Shown here piece by piece: positions 1-10,700 of a DNA stretch of 44,844 nucleotides. The notes beneath the pieces were generated by a model. That model was given only the letters and a program-made list of their open reading frames with translations, was not told the origin of the DNA and ran no database searches. Each line of letters opens with the position of its first letter. Positions within the stretch are counted from its first letter, which is position 1. Made by a program: the position numbers and the translations under genes. This stretch comes from a virus. Taxonomy: Duplodnaviria; Caudoviricetes. The stretch spans positions 1 through 44,844 of the IMG/VR virus record IMGVR_UViG_3300032225_000646; one strand, 5' to 3'.

Positions 1-60
1 GATAGACCCATTTGGTGGAACGGTACTGTGTGGAAAAAAGCTGACGGAACCACTGTTTAA
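1..60 (+). CDS. 3' end of a truncated virion/tail-associated protein
   Basis: Frame 1 reads DRPIWWNGTVWKKADGTTV* to TAA at 58-60; a PIWWNG..W C-terminus is typical of phage tail-associated proteins. Confidence 0.55.
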   Translation, partial: DRPIWWNGTVWKKADGTTV

Positions 61-98
61 ATGATAAACTTGACACCAAATAACCCCAAGGTACGCTT

Positions 99-1532
99 AT
101 GAGCTTACACAACCTAGCACAGCACGTTCAACGTAAAGGGCGCGGTCAGGACAAGATGCTTGTCCATATGACCCCCGAGGAAGTGCACGGACTTCAACGC
201 CTAGCTATGGCTCATGGTGGTAGTTTAACAATTAACCCAGAAACAGGTCTGCCAGAAGCTGGCTTCCTGATGAAAATTCTTCCTATCGTAGCTGCTGCGG
301 CTGCTACGTACTTTACTGCTGGTGCCGCCGCTCCCGCCCTTGAAGCTGCTTTAGCTGGTACTGCTGGTGCCGGTATGGGTGGTGCTTTGGCTGGTGCTGG
401 AGCAGGCGCCCTTGTTGGTGGTACTAGCGCTGCTCTTCAAGGCCAAGATGTAGGTAAAGCTGCATTATTTGGTGGTTTAGGCGGTGCTATATCCGGCGGT
501 ATGGGCGCTTACGATTCTGTTTACAGCGGTGTAAATGCTGGTGCTCAGTTGCCCGGAGCTGCTGTAACTCCTAATGGTATGCCTGTTCCAGTTGATTCGG
601 GCGCTGGTGCTGGTGTTTCTGGCTACGGTGAGGCTAATGCTGTTCCTAATTCCATTCCTTCTCCCACCGCTTCTGGCGCTCCAGCGCCTTCTGGTGCTCC
701 CGGAGCCCCCGGTGCTCCCGGCGGTCCTCCTACTAAAGAATTCCTTGAGTCATACAGACCGGGTGTACCAACGCCTCCTACTAACGATAAAGCAAAACTA
801 GATGCTGCAAAAGCTGCCGCAGATTTTGCTAAAAAAGGCATGTTTGAAAAGGGGCTTATTTATAGCGCTCCCGGTATTGGCGCTGCACTTGGCGATAAAC
901 CTAACACACTTCCCGGTGCCGCTCCTTATACAAGTTCTATGAATTTGTCGCCTGATTTCAAAGGTTACACTCCAGAAACCCCTGATCCGTACTACAAACC
1001 GCAATACACACGTTATGCAGCAGATGGCGGTTTGATGGCTCTTGCTGAAGGTGGAGACCCTAGAAAGAAAAAACAGCGCGCTAACTTAACTGCTGACAGA
1101 ACTATGGCTGCTATGGGTGCGGATCAAGCTGGGTTGGCTATGCTTAATAACGCTCGTTATGGCGCTAATATGACTGGTGCTTCTCCATTACAAGCAGGCG
1201 TAACGTCTCTTGGTGATTTGCCTAATGCTGTAGGTGCGGCTGGTGGTGGCTTAGCTGATTTAGGTGGCTACTCAGATGGTGGGCGTTTATTGAAAGGTCC
1301 GGGCGATGGTATGTCGGATAATATCCCTGCTCAAATTGGTCGTAAGCAACCGGCTCGTTTGGCTGATGGTGAGTTTGTTGTGCCTGCCGATGTTGTATCA
1401 CATCTTGGTAATGGCTCTACTGACGCAGGTGCAAAGCGTTTATATTCTATGATGGATAAAGTTCGTCAAGCTCGTACGGGTAAAAGAAAACAAGCGCCAG
1501 CAGTTAATACACAACGTATGATGCCAGCATGA
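99..1532 (+). CDS. Putative internal virion / DNA-ejection protein
   Basis: 477 aa, Gly/Ala-rich hydrophobic segments, GAP repeats; C-terminal GPGDGMSDNIPA..LADGEFVVPA motif common in phage virion proteins; lies in the structural module. Confidence 0.6.
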   Translation: MSLHNLAQHVQRKGRGQDKMLVHMTPEEVHGLQRLAMAHGGSLTINPETGLPEAGFLMKILPIVAAAAATYFTAGAAAPALEAALAGTAGAGMGGALAGAGAGALVGGTSAALQGQDVGKAALFGGLGGAISGGMGAYDSVYSGVNAGAQLPGAAVTPNGMPVPVDSGAGAGVSGYGEANAVPNSIPSPTASGAPAPSGAPGAPGAPGGPPTKEFLESYRPGVPTPPTNDKAKLDAAKAAADFAKKGMFEKGLIYSAPGIGAALGDKPNTLPGAAPYTSSMNLSPDFKGYTPETPDPYYKPQYTRYAADGGLMALAEGGDPRKKKQRANLTADRTMAAMGADQAGLAMLNNARYGANMTGASPLQAGVTSLGDLPNAVGAAGGGLADLGGYSDGGRLLKGPGDGMSDNIPAQIGRKQPARLADGEFVVPADVVSHLGNGSTDAGAKRLYSMMDKVRQARTGKRKQAPAVNTQRMMPA

Positions 1533-1963
1533 ATTTAGAGATAAGTCTTGTACCTATTGGAAATATCTCGTCAGTTGTACCGGGGTTACTGCCACACCTT
1601 GCAAAATCTGAGTTATGGGCTAGAGGACGTTGCAAAGTTGATGACCTATTACGCTTCATTCTTAATGGACAAATGCAGCTTTGGGTGATATTTTCCCCTG
1701 AAGAACAAGCAGTATATGGGCATGTAATTACGGAAGTTAAGTCGTACCCTAGTTGCAAAATGTTAGTTGTTCAGTATTGCGCAGGCGAAGATAACCACAT
1801 GCAGTTTGTAGAAGATAAGATGTACGACTTGTTAGATAAGTTTGCTAAAGAAACAGGTTGTGCAGGTATTGAGTTAATTGGGCGTCCCGGTTGGGGCAAA
1901 CACGTTAAGAAACGTGGCTTTGAAGTGCAAAGCGTAATGTACCAAAAGTTTTTTAAGGAATAG
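1529..1963 (+). CDS. Phage virion-module protein, possible GNAT-like fold
   Basis: 144 aa, ATGA overlap with upstream gene; 'FAKETGCAGIELIGRPGW' resembles acetyltransferase-like proteins found before podovirus internal proteins. Confidence 0.5.
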   Translation: MNLEISLVPIGNISSVVPGLLPHLAKSELWARGRCKVDDLLRFILNGQMQLWVIFSPEEQAVYGHVITEVKSYPSCKMLVVQYCAGEDNHMQFVEDKMYDLLDKFAKETGCAGIELIGRPGWGKHVKKRGFEVQSVMYQKFFKE

Positions 1964-1966
1964 ATT

Positions 1967-2998
1967 ATGTTTCATTGGAAAAGAAAACTGTTTGCTGACG
2001 GCGGCGTCCTTAGAGACTCTGGCGGGGGTGGTGGCGGTGGTAATCAACCAAGTACCACTAATACAAACACGTCTAACATTCCAGAATACGCTAAGCCGTA
2101 TGTGGAAAACATGTTGGAAGCCACACAGAAACAAATTTACAATGACGATAAAACAGGTTTTCGCCCATACAAACCATATAGTACAAACCCTAGCGACTAT
2201 GTAGCTGGCTTTAGCCCTATTCAAGAACAAGCGCAACGCACTGTAGCTGGGTTACAAACTCCGGGACAATACGGGCAAGCCACCAATATAGCTGGCATGT
2301 CAGGTTTAGGTTCTTTAGGTGTTGCAGGGCAAGCTGCTGGTGCAGGTCAACAATACAATCAGATGGCGCAAGACCCGTATGCTATGCAGGGTTTTATGTC
2401 TCCGTACATGCAAAACGTTGTTGACTATCAAAAGTCTCAGGCTGTTCGTGATTATGGTATTGGTCAACAAGGTTTAAGAGCGCAAGCCGCAAGGTCTGGT
2501 GCTTTTGGTGGTAGCCGTCAAGCTATTCAAGAATCAGAAGCTCAGCGTAATTTAGGTAGCCAGTTGCAAGGTATTACAGCGCAAGGTTCACAGCAGGCGT
2601 TCCAAAACGCACAACAAGCTCAACAGTTTGGCGCTAATCTTGGTTTACAGGGTCAGCAAACCGCTCTTCAAGGTTTGGGTCAAGCTAATCAAGCGGCTGG
2701 TACTTTAGGTCAGTTAGGTACTCAACAGCTAGGCGCTCAAACAAACATAGCTCAGTTGCAAAGCCAAGTAGGTGCGCAGCAACAAGCCCAAGAACAGCAG
2801 AAGATTAATCAGTCCATTCAAGATTACGCTACGCAGCAACAATATCCGTACATGCAACTGGGCATTATGAACGCTATGCTTAGGGGTTTACCACTACAGT
2901 CGACTACAACACAAACGTATCAAGCTCAACCAAGCACAGGTCAGCAGCTATTAGGCTATGGTCTTGGCGCTTTGGGCGCATACAAAGCATTTAGTTAA
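1967..2998 (+). CDS. Putative ejection (pilot-like) protein
   Basis: 343 aa, Q/G/A-rich; GGGGG linker, IPEYAKPY and GAFGGSRQ motifs; hydrophobic Gly-rich C-terminus. Confidence 0.6.
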   Translation: MFHWKRKLFADGGVLRDSGGGGGGGNQPSTTNTNTSNIPEYAKPYVENMLEATQKQIYNDDKTGFRPYKPYSTNPSDYVAGFSPIQEQAQRTVAGLQTPGQYGQATNIAGMSGLGSLGVAGQAAGAGQQYNQMAQDPYAMQGFMSPYMQNVVDYQKSQAVRDYGIGQQGLRAQAARSGAFGGSRQAIQESEAQRNLGSQLQGITAQGSQQAFQNAQQAQQFGANLGLQGQQTALQGLGQANQAAGTLGQLGTQQLGAQTNIAQLQSQVGAQQQAQEQQKINQSIQDYATQQQYPYMQLGIMNAMLRGLPLQSTTTQTYQAQPSTGQQLLGYGLGALGAYKAFS

Positions 2999-3007
2999 GG
3001 ATTAGAT

Positions 3008-4711
3008 ATGACACCATCTATGGGTATGGCAGCTCCAAAAGGTATGGCAGCCGCTCCTCAAGCAGGACTTGCCGCTATTGCTCAACCAGCACAGGCACCA
3101 AAAGGTATGTCGTCTGGCAATATGGCGCAAGTTATGGCGTTGGCTCGCAAGATGAGCGATGCCCAGTTGGCTGAAGTGCTTCAAGGAAAAAGTCTTGACG
3201 TACCGCAATACGTTGCTATGACTGAAGCTATGGGTCGTAAGAGTTTACGCACTGCTATGCAAGGTCAACAAGCTATGGCGCAGGCTCAACAGCCTAGCGT
3301 TAAACAAAAGCTATTGATGGGCGATCAGCCACAGATGCAAGGTATTCAACAAGGTATGCCACAGATGCCCCAACAGCCTGTAATGGCTGCAGAAGGTGGG
3401 TTGATGTACGCTGATGGCGGTCCTATTGATATGAACATGTCAGCTAATGCTGGCGGTGGTATTGCTGAATTACCTGCTCCAAATATGGATGCTATGACTA
3501 TGGCGGGTGGTGGCATTGTTGCGTTTGCTGATACCAAACCCGGCACGGAAACTGAGATGCCGATTCGTGAAGACTTAACTGATGAAGAGAAAAAACAGTT
3601 AGCTGAAAATCCATATATGCAACGTGTACAGGGTGTTAGAAATTTAGGTAATGCGTTTGTTACCCCAAGAAACTATGACCCTATTGCTAAGGGTTCTGAT
3701 ATTCTTTCGTCCATTCAAAACTGGGGCAAAGATACTGCTGGCGCTAATGCTGCTTGGGACAAAGGATCTAAAGCTAAAAGCGGTGAAATTAAAACCTTTA
3801 CTAATGAACAAACACCTAAAGGTAAACTTGTTGAAGCAGGTTTAGTAGAGCGTAGTACTCCAATTAATGATGTAACAAAAGTAGCTCTAGCTAATGAACA
3901 AAAGAAAACTGCACTTACTGCAGCAGATGCGGAAGACGCTAGAACTGGCGCTGGTATGACGGCTTTATTAAACGCTCAAAAAGCTAAAACTGCTGCCGCT
4001 CCTGTTGATACAGACAAAAGAAGTAGTGACCGTAGAGCTGATTTAGCCGGTAATGCAGGCGTTGGTATTGACCCTACTAAACGAGCTAACCCGTTTGAAG
4101 GACTAAAAGCAGAGTTACCAGACTACGTTAAAGTTAAAAATCAAGGTTTAGGCGAAGGATTAATGGCTCTTTCTGGCGCTATGTTTGGTACCCCTAATTT
4201 AAGCCAAGCATTTGCTAAAGGTCTTCCTGCATTGGCTCAAGTTTCTGGCGCAACTCGTAAAGAAGTTGCTGACCTTAAGAAAGAATACAACGCTCAACAG
4301 CTTAGTTTGGGTAAAGCTAACGAACTGTTTGAATCTGGTCAAGAAGATTTGGCTCTTAAAAAACTTACGCAAAGTCAAAATCATGCTTACCATATGCAGT
4401 CTGCTATGGCTGCAATGCTTCAAGCCGGCAAACCAAGTGATACAGTTCAAACGCTACAAGCTATTCGTAAACCCGGCGAATCAATGAGCGATGCTTATGG
4501 GCGTTTGTATGACATGCGAAATAACCCTAAAGAAGATCAAGCACTTAAACTTAAATTTGCCGATTATCAAAAAAGCGCAATGGGCATGGTCAAACCTTTA
4601 ACATATGATCAATGGTTATCTTCAAATGGTTTAGGTGGTGCTACAATGGCAAACAACACAGGCAATTTTAGTAGAGGCGTGTTCGATACAAACAATCGCC
4701 AGATTCAATAA
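3008..4711 (+). CDS. Putative internal virion protein
   Basis: 567 aa, RBS AAGGA; M/Q/A-rich N-terminus with AxGG motifs; sits between ejection-like genes. Confidence 0.55.
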   Translation: MTPSMGMAAPKGMAAAPQAGLAAIAQPAQAPKGMSSGNMAQVMALARKMSDAQLAEVLQGKSLDVPQYVAMTEAMGRKSLRTAMQGQQAMAQAQQPSVKQKLLMGDQPQMQGIQQGMPQMPQQPVMAAEGGLMYADGGPIDMNMSANAGGGIAELPAPNMDAMTMAGGGIVAFADTKPGTETEMPIREDLTDEEKKQLAENPYMQRVQGVRNLGNAFVTPRNYDPIAKGSDILSSIQNWGKDTAGANAAWDKGSKAKSGEIKTFTNEQTPKGKLVEAGLVERSTPINDVTKVALANEQKKTALTAADAEDARTGAGMTALLNAQKAKTAAAPVDTDKRSSDRRADLAGNAGVGIDPTKRANPFEGLKAELPDYVKVKNQGLGEGLMALSGAMFGTPNLSQAFAKGLPALAQVSGATRKEVADLKKEYNAQQLSLGKANELFESGQEDLALKKLTQSQNHAYHMQSAMAAMLQAGKPSDTVQTLQAIRKPGESMSDAYGRLYDMRNNPKEDQALKLKFADYQKSAMGMVKPLTYDQWLSSNGLGGATMANNTGNFSRGVFDTNNRQIQ

Positions 4712-4727
4712 AAGTTAAGGAAATTCT

Positions 4728-7700
4728 ATGACGTACGGTATACGTTTACCTGATGGGTCCACTGTAGGGTTCACTGATGACGTACCGATGGAACAAGCGC
4801 AGTTACTTGTTCGTAAGAATTTTCCAGAGGCATTTGAAAAGAAATCTGGCGTAGGCGCTGAGTTTAAAGAAGGCTTAGCCAGTTTAATTGGCGGCACCAA
4901 AACCGCTTTAACCGCTCCGTTTGACCCCAAAGAAGCCGCTAAAAGAGGGTTACTTGAAGAACAGGCTCGTGGTGCTGAGTTTGAAAGCAGCGTTGGTTTA
5001 GACAAACTTAAAAAAGCATACGCTGATTACGGCTTGCTTGGTGGTGCTAGTGAAGTAATGCGTCAAGCCCCTGCAGTAGTTGCTGGTATGGCGCCACAAA
5101 CTCTTGCTACATTAGGAGCTACTGCTACCGGTGCTCGTCTTGGTGCTGTGGCTGGTTTACCCGGGATTATTGGTGGTGGTATTGCTGGTTTTGGTTCATC
5201 TTTCTTACCACAAGCCGGTTCAAACATTACACGCCAAGCTGAAGAACAACAGCGTGCAGGACAAGAAATTAATCCAAATCTTACTGCTGCATATGGCGCT
5301 GCTGCAGGGCAGGCTGCTCTTGAAACCGCCTCTCTTGGTTTTGGTTTAGGTAAGCGGCTTGTTAGCAAAGTACTTGGTGAGTCAGAAGAACAGATTGCTA
5401 AAGGTCTTGCTAAAAATGCAACTAAATATGAAGCTGACCTTGTTAAGGCTGCTGAAGCTAAGTTGTTGCCTACTGTTGCTAAAGGTGCTGCTCGTGGTTT
5501 AGTTGAGATCCCTACTGAAGTTGCACAACAGATTTTGGAACGTGCGCAAGCAGGGTTGCCTTTACTCACTGATGACGCTATTAAAGAGTATGGCGAGTCT
5601 GCGTATCAAGCGGGTATAGGCGGTTCGTTCTTAGGTGGTGCTGCTGGTCCGCTTAGCCGTTCTAGCGCTAGGGGTGAACTAGATACTATGCGTGCTGGTC
5701 AACGCGCCGCACAACGCAAGGAAGAGCTAGCCAAAGAAGCGGAATACAAAGCCTCTCCAGAATACATTACAGAGTTAACTACACGTCGAGACGAAATTCA
5801 AGAAGAGCTTGGCGTTCTTAAGAGCATTCTCAAAACTAAACCTACTGACGAAGAAGACAAGTTTGCAAGAAGCGAACTTAAAGCCCGTAAGCGTGATTTA
5901 GATTTAGAAATGCAAGGTATTGTTTCTAGTCTTCGTGAAGCAAAACCAGAAGATAAGGGTTTACCCTTAACTAGCCAACAGCTTGTCGATAGAGAAAGAA
6001 ACCGTATTGACGAGGCGGCAACGCTTAAACAGCTAAGAGCAACTGATTCCAGAGCAGCGGACGACTACGCTAAATACATTAAAGCGGAAGACACGTATCA
6101 AGCATTACGAGATAAAGAAGCGCAACGCCAGTTAAACGTACAAGAAAAAGCCCGTCAAAAAGAAGCTAAAGCCATTATTGATGCGCACAATGAAAGCGTT
6201 AAAGGCATAGGAAAAACAGCTGGTGCTGTTACAGACGAGTTTGGAAACATTGTTCCGGGTCTTACAAAGAAAGGTGCCTTGGCTGGTAGAGAGTTGTCTG
6301 TAGATCAACGCATTAAGCTAGAAGAATATGACAACGCTGTAAAAGCACTTAACGACAAGATAGCGGCTAGCGGTGGTATAAAACGTCAAAACTTGTACGA
6401 TAAAGCGTACGTTAGCGATAACGCAAACCTTGAGGAAATTGACCAGCTCAAGCAAGACATCAGAGATAAGTACGAAGGCATTAAAGATTTTGCTGGCGAA
6501 AGAAAGTCACCGCCTCCACCTGAGTCTACTGTTGATAAAATTATTGCGCAAATTTCTAAACCAGAACCAGAGCCTGCAGAACTTACGCCTGAGCAAAAAG
6601 AAGCTCAGACTAAACGTATTGCAGATTTACAAAAATACAAGCAGAACTTTAACGACGCTGTTGCTTACTATCAAAAGCTATTAGATGAGGCAGAAGAAAC
6701 CGCACAACAACCTCGTGCTAAAGGCAAACGTGGGCAAGAGTTGTTTGCTGAAACTAAAAAAGGACGTTCGCTTGAGGTATTAAAGAAAGGCGAAGAGCTG
6801 CAAGCTGCGTTAGATGCGCAAAACAAAGCTAAAGGCGAGTTAATTGAGTTTTTAGAATATCCAGATGTTGAGTTAGCTCAGCAAGAAATTAAACAGTTTG
6901 AAGCTAAACTTAAAAAAGCAAAGACACCCGAAGAAGTCGAATCTCTTCAAAACACTATTGCAAAGCTACAAGCTAAATTACCCGCGCTAACTAAAAAAGC
7001 AGCAGAGTTTAAAGGCACAGTAGTAACTCCACTAGAAGCATCTGACGCACTTAAAGATGTTGCGCTCTTAGATCTTACCGACACTATTGATAGTATGCGT
7101 AAGGGCGAGTTTTTTGGTGGGCCAAACCCAGCTATGGCTACTGGTTCAGCAGCAACCAAGGCAATTAAAGCCCGTAAAGAATTAGACCGCTATATCAAGA
7201 TTGTTATTAACTCTATTAACGCAGAGCGTGAAGCTAAAAATTTAGGCAAGCTATCTGAAAAGTCTGTTAACGAAATTCAAGATAAATTCTTAGAGTTGTT
7301 TGGCGGCAAGATTGCTCGTGCTACCGGTAAAAAAGCTAGAGTACTAAAAGCAGCTGGAGAAAAAGCGCCAGAAGATACAACGCTGCGTCGTGCATTTGAA
7401 GCTGCTGGGTTTAAATTTAAAGAGCTACCTAAAGGCGAAGGCGAAATTAAAACCGGCTTTAGTCGTGCAGAATTTGCAGACGTAAAAGACTTTACGCAAG
7501 ACATAGTTGACCAGTACACAAATAAAGAACGTACGTTTGGTAAATTAACTCGTGAAACTACAAACGATTTATTTACTGAAGGTCGTAATCAATACACAGG
7601 TAATTTACTTACTAAAGAGCGTAAAGAAGATACTAGTAGACCCCGTAAGACAGAAGGTACGGCTACCGATATTGAGCAAACAGCGCGTTTACTTGATAAG

Positions 7701-10700
7701 GTTCTTGACGCAGACTTAACTGGCGCACAGCGTAGCGTATTTGAACGGGCTGAAACTCTACTTGCTGAAGGTAAGCGTACTAAAGACACCGAGTCAACAA
7801 CAGCATCAGGTACTAAAAACGTAATACCCGGACTGGTTGACGCTGTAAATGAGCAAGGTAATCGTGTATTAAATGGACTTGAACCTGACCTCAGAGACAT
7901 CAGAGAAGCAATTAAACGTGTTGAAGAAACATTTGCTACGCCAGTACAAACACAACCATCCGGTAAACCAGCTACACAGCTTGAGTTTTTTCCGGGCGAA
8001 ACAGCTACTATTCGTGCTAGCCAACAAAACTTTACCAATTTGTTGTCTGTTCAAAGACGCAAAGGTTCAGCTGTAATCAACGCTGCTCGTAAATATTTAG
8101 CTCGTTTAAAAGGCGATAAGCCGTCTGCTGCAGAATTTGCTAAGTTGTTTGACAACCGGAACATTTGGGAGTTATTAAAAGAAGCAAACAAGCTAGATGC
8201 TGAGGGTGCTAAGTTTGTACGTGAAAGCAAAAGCAAAAAGTTTGATCCGGCAGAAAAAGCTGAAAGAGCAAGTAAAGCAGAACAAGCCTTTCAAATGGCT
8301 GACGAGTTTAGAAAAGAAGCGTATGACGTTTATGCTGCGGCTGAAAAAGATATTCTTAAAAAGATTGAAAAGCTAGACAAACCGGCAGAAATGCTGGTGC
8401 AGTTTGAAACGCAAAAGAAAAAGATTGAAAAAGAAATTAAAGAAACGCTTGCTAAACAAGCAAAAGAGCAAGTTGAAAGAAACATGCCGGAGTACCCTGA
8501 GCGCATTAAGATGTTGCGCTTACAGAATAAAACAATTTCTACGGCTATTAAGAGTACTAAAGAACGTGTTGCCAAAGAGCAAGCAGAAGCGTCACGTAAA
8601 ATAGGTCTTGGTTTACCCGGTACAAGATCTACTATACCGGTGCAGGCAAAAATAACAGCACAACTTCCACATAGATATGATGCGGTGCAAGTGCCGTTTA
8701 ACTTTGCTCGTACGTATTTTAAAGAAATGATGGAACGCCGTAGCGTTACCATGAACAAAAAGCAAGTAGAGGCGTACCAACAAGCGTCTGCTAAATACAA
8801 AGAGTCTCGCACCAAATTAAACAAAGCTCTTAAAGAAAACAACGTAGACAAACGCATTGCCGCAATCATGAACAGCATGGTTGAAATGGATGATGGCACG
8901 CGTGAATACCGTAAATTAGAAAACAATATTCTTGGTCTTGAAGAAGTATTAGAACAAAAGGTTCTTGGTACACAGGCTAAGAATGTAATTACGCCTATTG
9001 AAATAACACCTAAACGTGATGTGTCTACTGACAAGGCATTAGGATTTAAAGTTCCTGAGCTGGTTAAAGACGAAGATTTTGTTGGTCGTATATCTGAAAA
9101 AGATCTTGCTGCAATGCGCAAGAAACAAAACGACGAATTTGAAGCTGCAAAAAAACGTTTGTATGGTTTAAGTTTGCAAGGCGAAAGCAAACGAGCTGAT
9201 ACAGAAACTGAACGTAGCGCTCTTGCAACAAAAATTGCACAGCTTGAAAAAGACATTAAAGCCACTGACGTTATATTAAGCGCACGTCGTGTTGGTATGG
9301 CTGTTGGTAAAGCCCAAGAAGAAATGGGAGCTAAGCGCTTTAAGCCTAGCGAAACCGAAAAGGCAATGACTAAGGCAGGTAAGTTTGAAAAAGCAGGAGT
9401 TGCGCCTGAGTACTATGCTACCGTTGCGCAAGCCTATAAAACTAGACAAAACGAAACTAGAAAAACTGCAGAAAGAAGAACGCCTGCGCACGTTACAAAA
9501 CTAGCCAGCAGAATTGCTGGTTTGCAAATGCAGCTTGAGCACGGTACCTTTACAGAGACTAGCCGTTATCAAGACAATCCTAAAACTGATAAACCCGAAC
9601 TAGTTAAGTACTCAGTAGAACAACAAAAACAAGAGCTTGCAAAAGAAATTGAAGAGCTAAAGAAAGACTTAGCTGGAGCTGTTTCTCGTGTTAAAACTGA
9701 TCTTTTAGCTAAAGCATTTAATCAAGTAATTGATACTAACTTCCGTATTAAAACTAGTAAAGGTGGCAGTATTGACCCGGCAGTAGCAGACGGCTTTATT
9801 AACAACATGCTTAAAAAGCAGGGCTTTAACCCAACACGTCGTGCTGTAACCGGTGCTATTGGCGCATTCATGCTACCAATAAAGATACCTAGTATTGCCG
9901 GCATTAACGCTGACTTTAAGCAAATGATTGCTAGAAATGCAATGAGCGGTTTAGCGTTGCCAATAAACTACGACGAGACTTTTAATGATAATTTTAATAA
10001 AAGGTACGGTTCTTTTTGGCCTGATGCTATGGGCGATCTTGAACACAGAGCAGACAAAATTACTGGAAGTGTTCTTTCTTTAGTAGAAAATACATATGGC
10101 TCTCTTGTAACAGACAGTAAAAACGATTTTAGCTTCAAAGATCATAGTAAAGCTGCTAATTTTCAAGAGGCTTTTGACGACAAGATATACAAAGCGCTTA
10201 GAAAGTTGTACAAACCTTTTGCCCATAAAGAATGGTCCGGCTACGCTGACAGTCAAAAGGACTTTAACTTTATTGTTGAAGAAATGATGTACACCGACAG
10301 AGGGCAAATGGGCAACGAATGGCAAAATGCTCATTCGGCTTTATATGTAAACGACCCTACTGAATACGCTGCTTTAGTAACTGAAGCATATACAAGCGCT
10401 CTTCGTGCTGTAGGTATAAACCCTCAAAAAGCTGTTGAACAGATTGATAACGCTAAAGCTAAAACTGTAATGCTTGCTAGCGGAGTTAAGTTTGTTTACG
10501 CAAAAGATATATCTCAGGCGCCTGATGCGTTTATTAATGCCGCTATTGCTGCTAATAAAAACCTGCTAACTGTACAGGGTGGTGTAATGCCTGATGGCAC
10601 AGTTGTTGTTGTCGGTAACGCCCATACAGATATTGCTGATCTTGAAGAAACAATAGCTCACGAGATAATTGGTCACTACTCTGTAGATACAGTGCTTGGA

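Noticed and set aside
670-730. GAPGAPGAPGGPP as a collagen domain
   Set aside because: Only about four triplets; a low-complexity linker
8330-9265. 311-aa minus-strand ORF and other antisense ORFs within the giant gene
   Set aside because: S/F/L-rich shadow of the Lys/Glu-rich sense frame; no RBS or operon context
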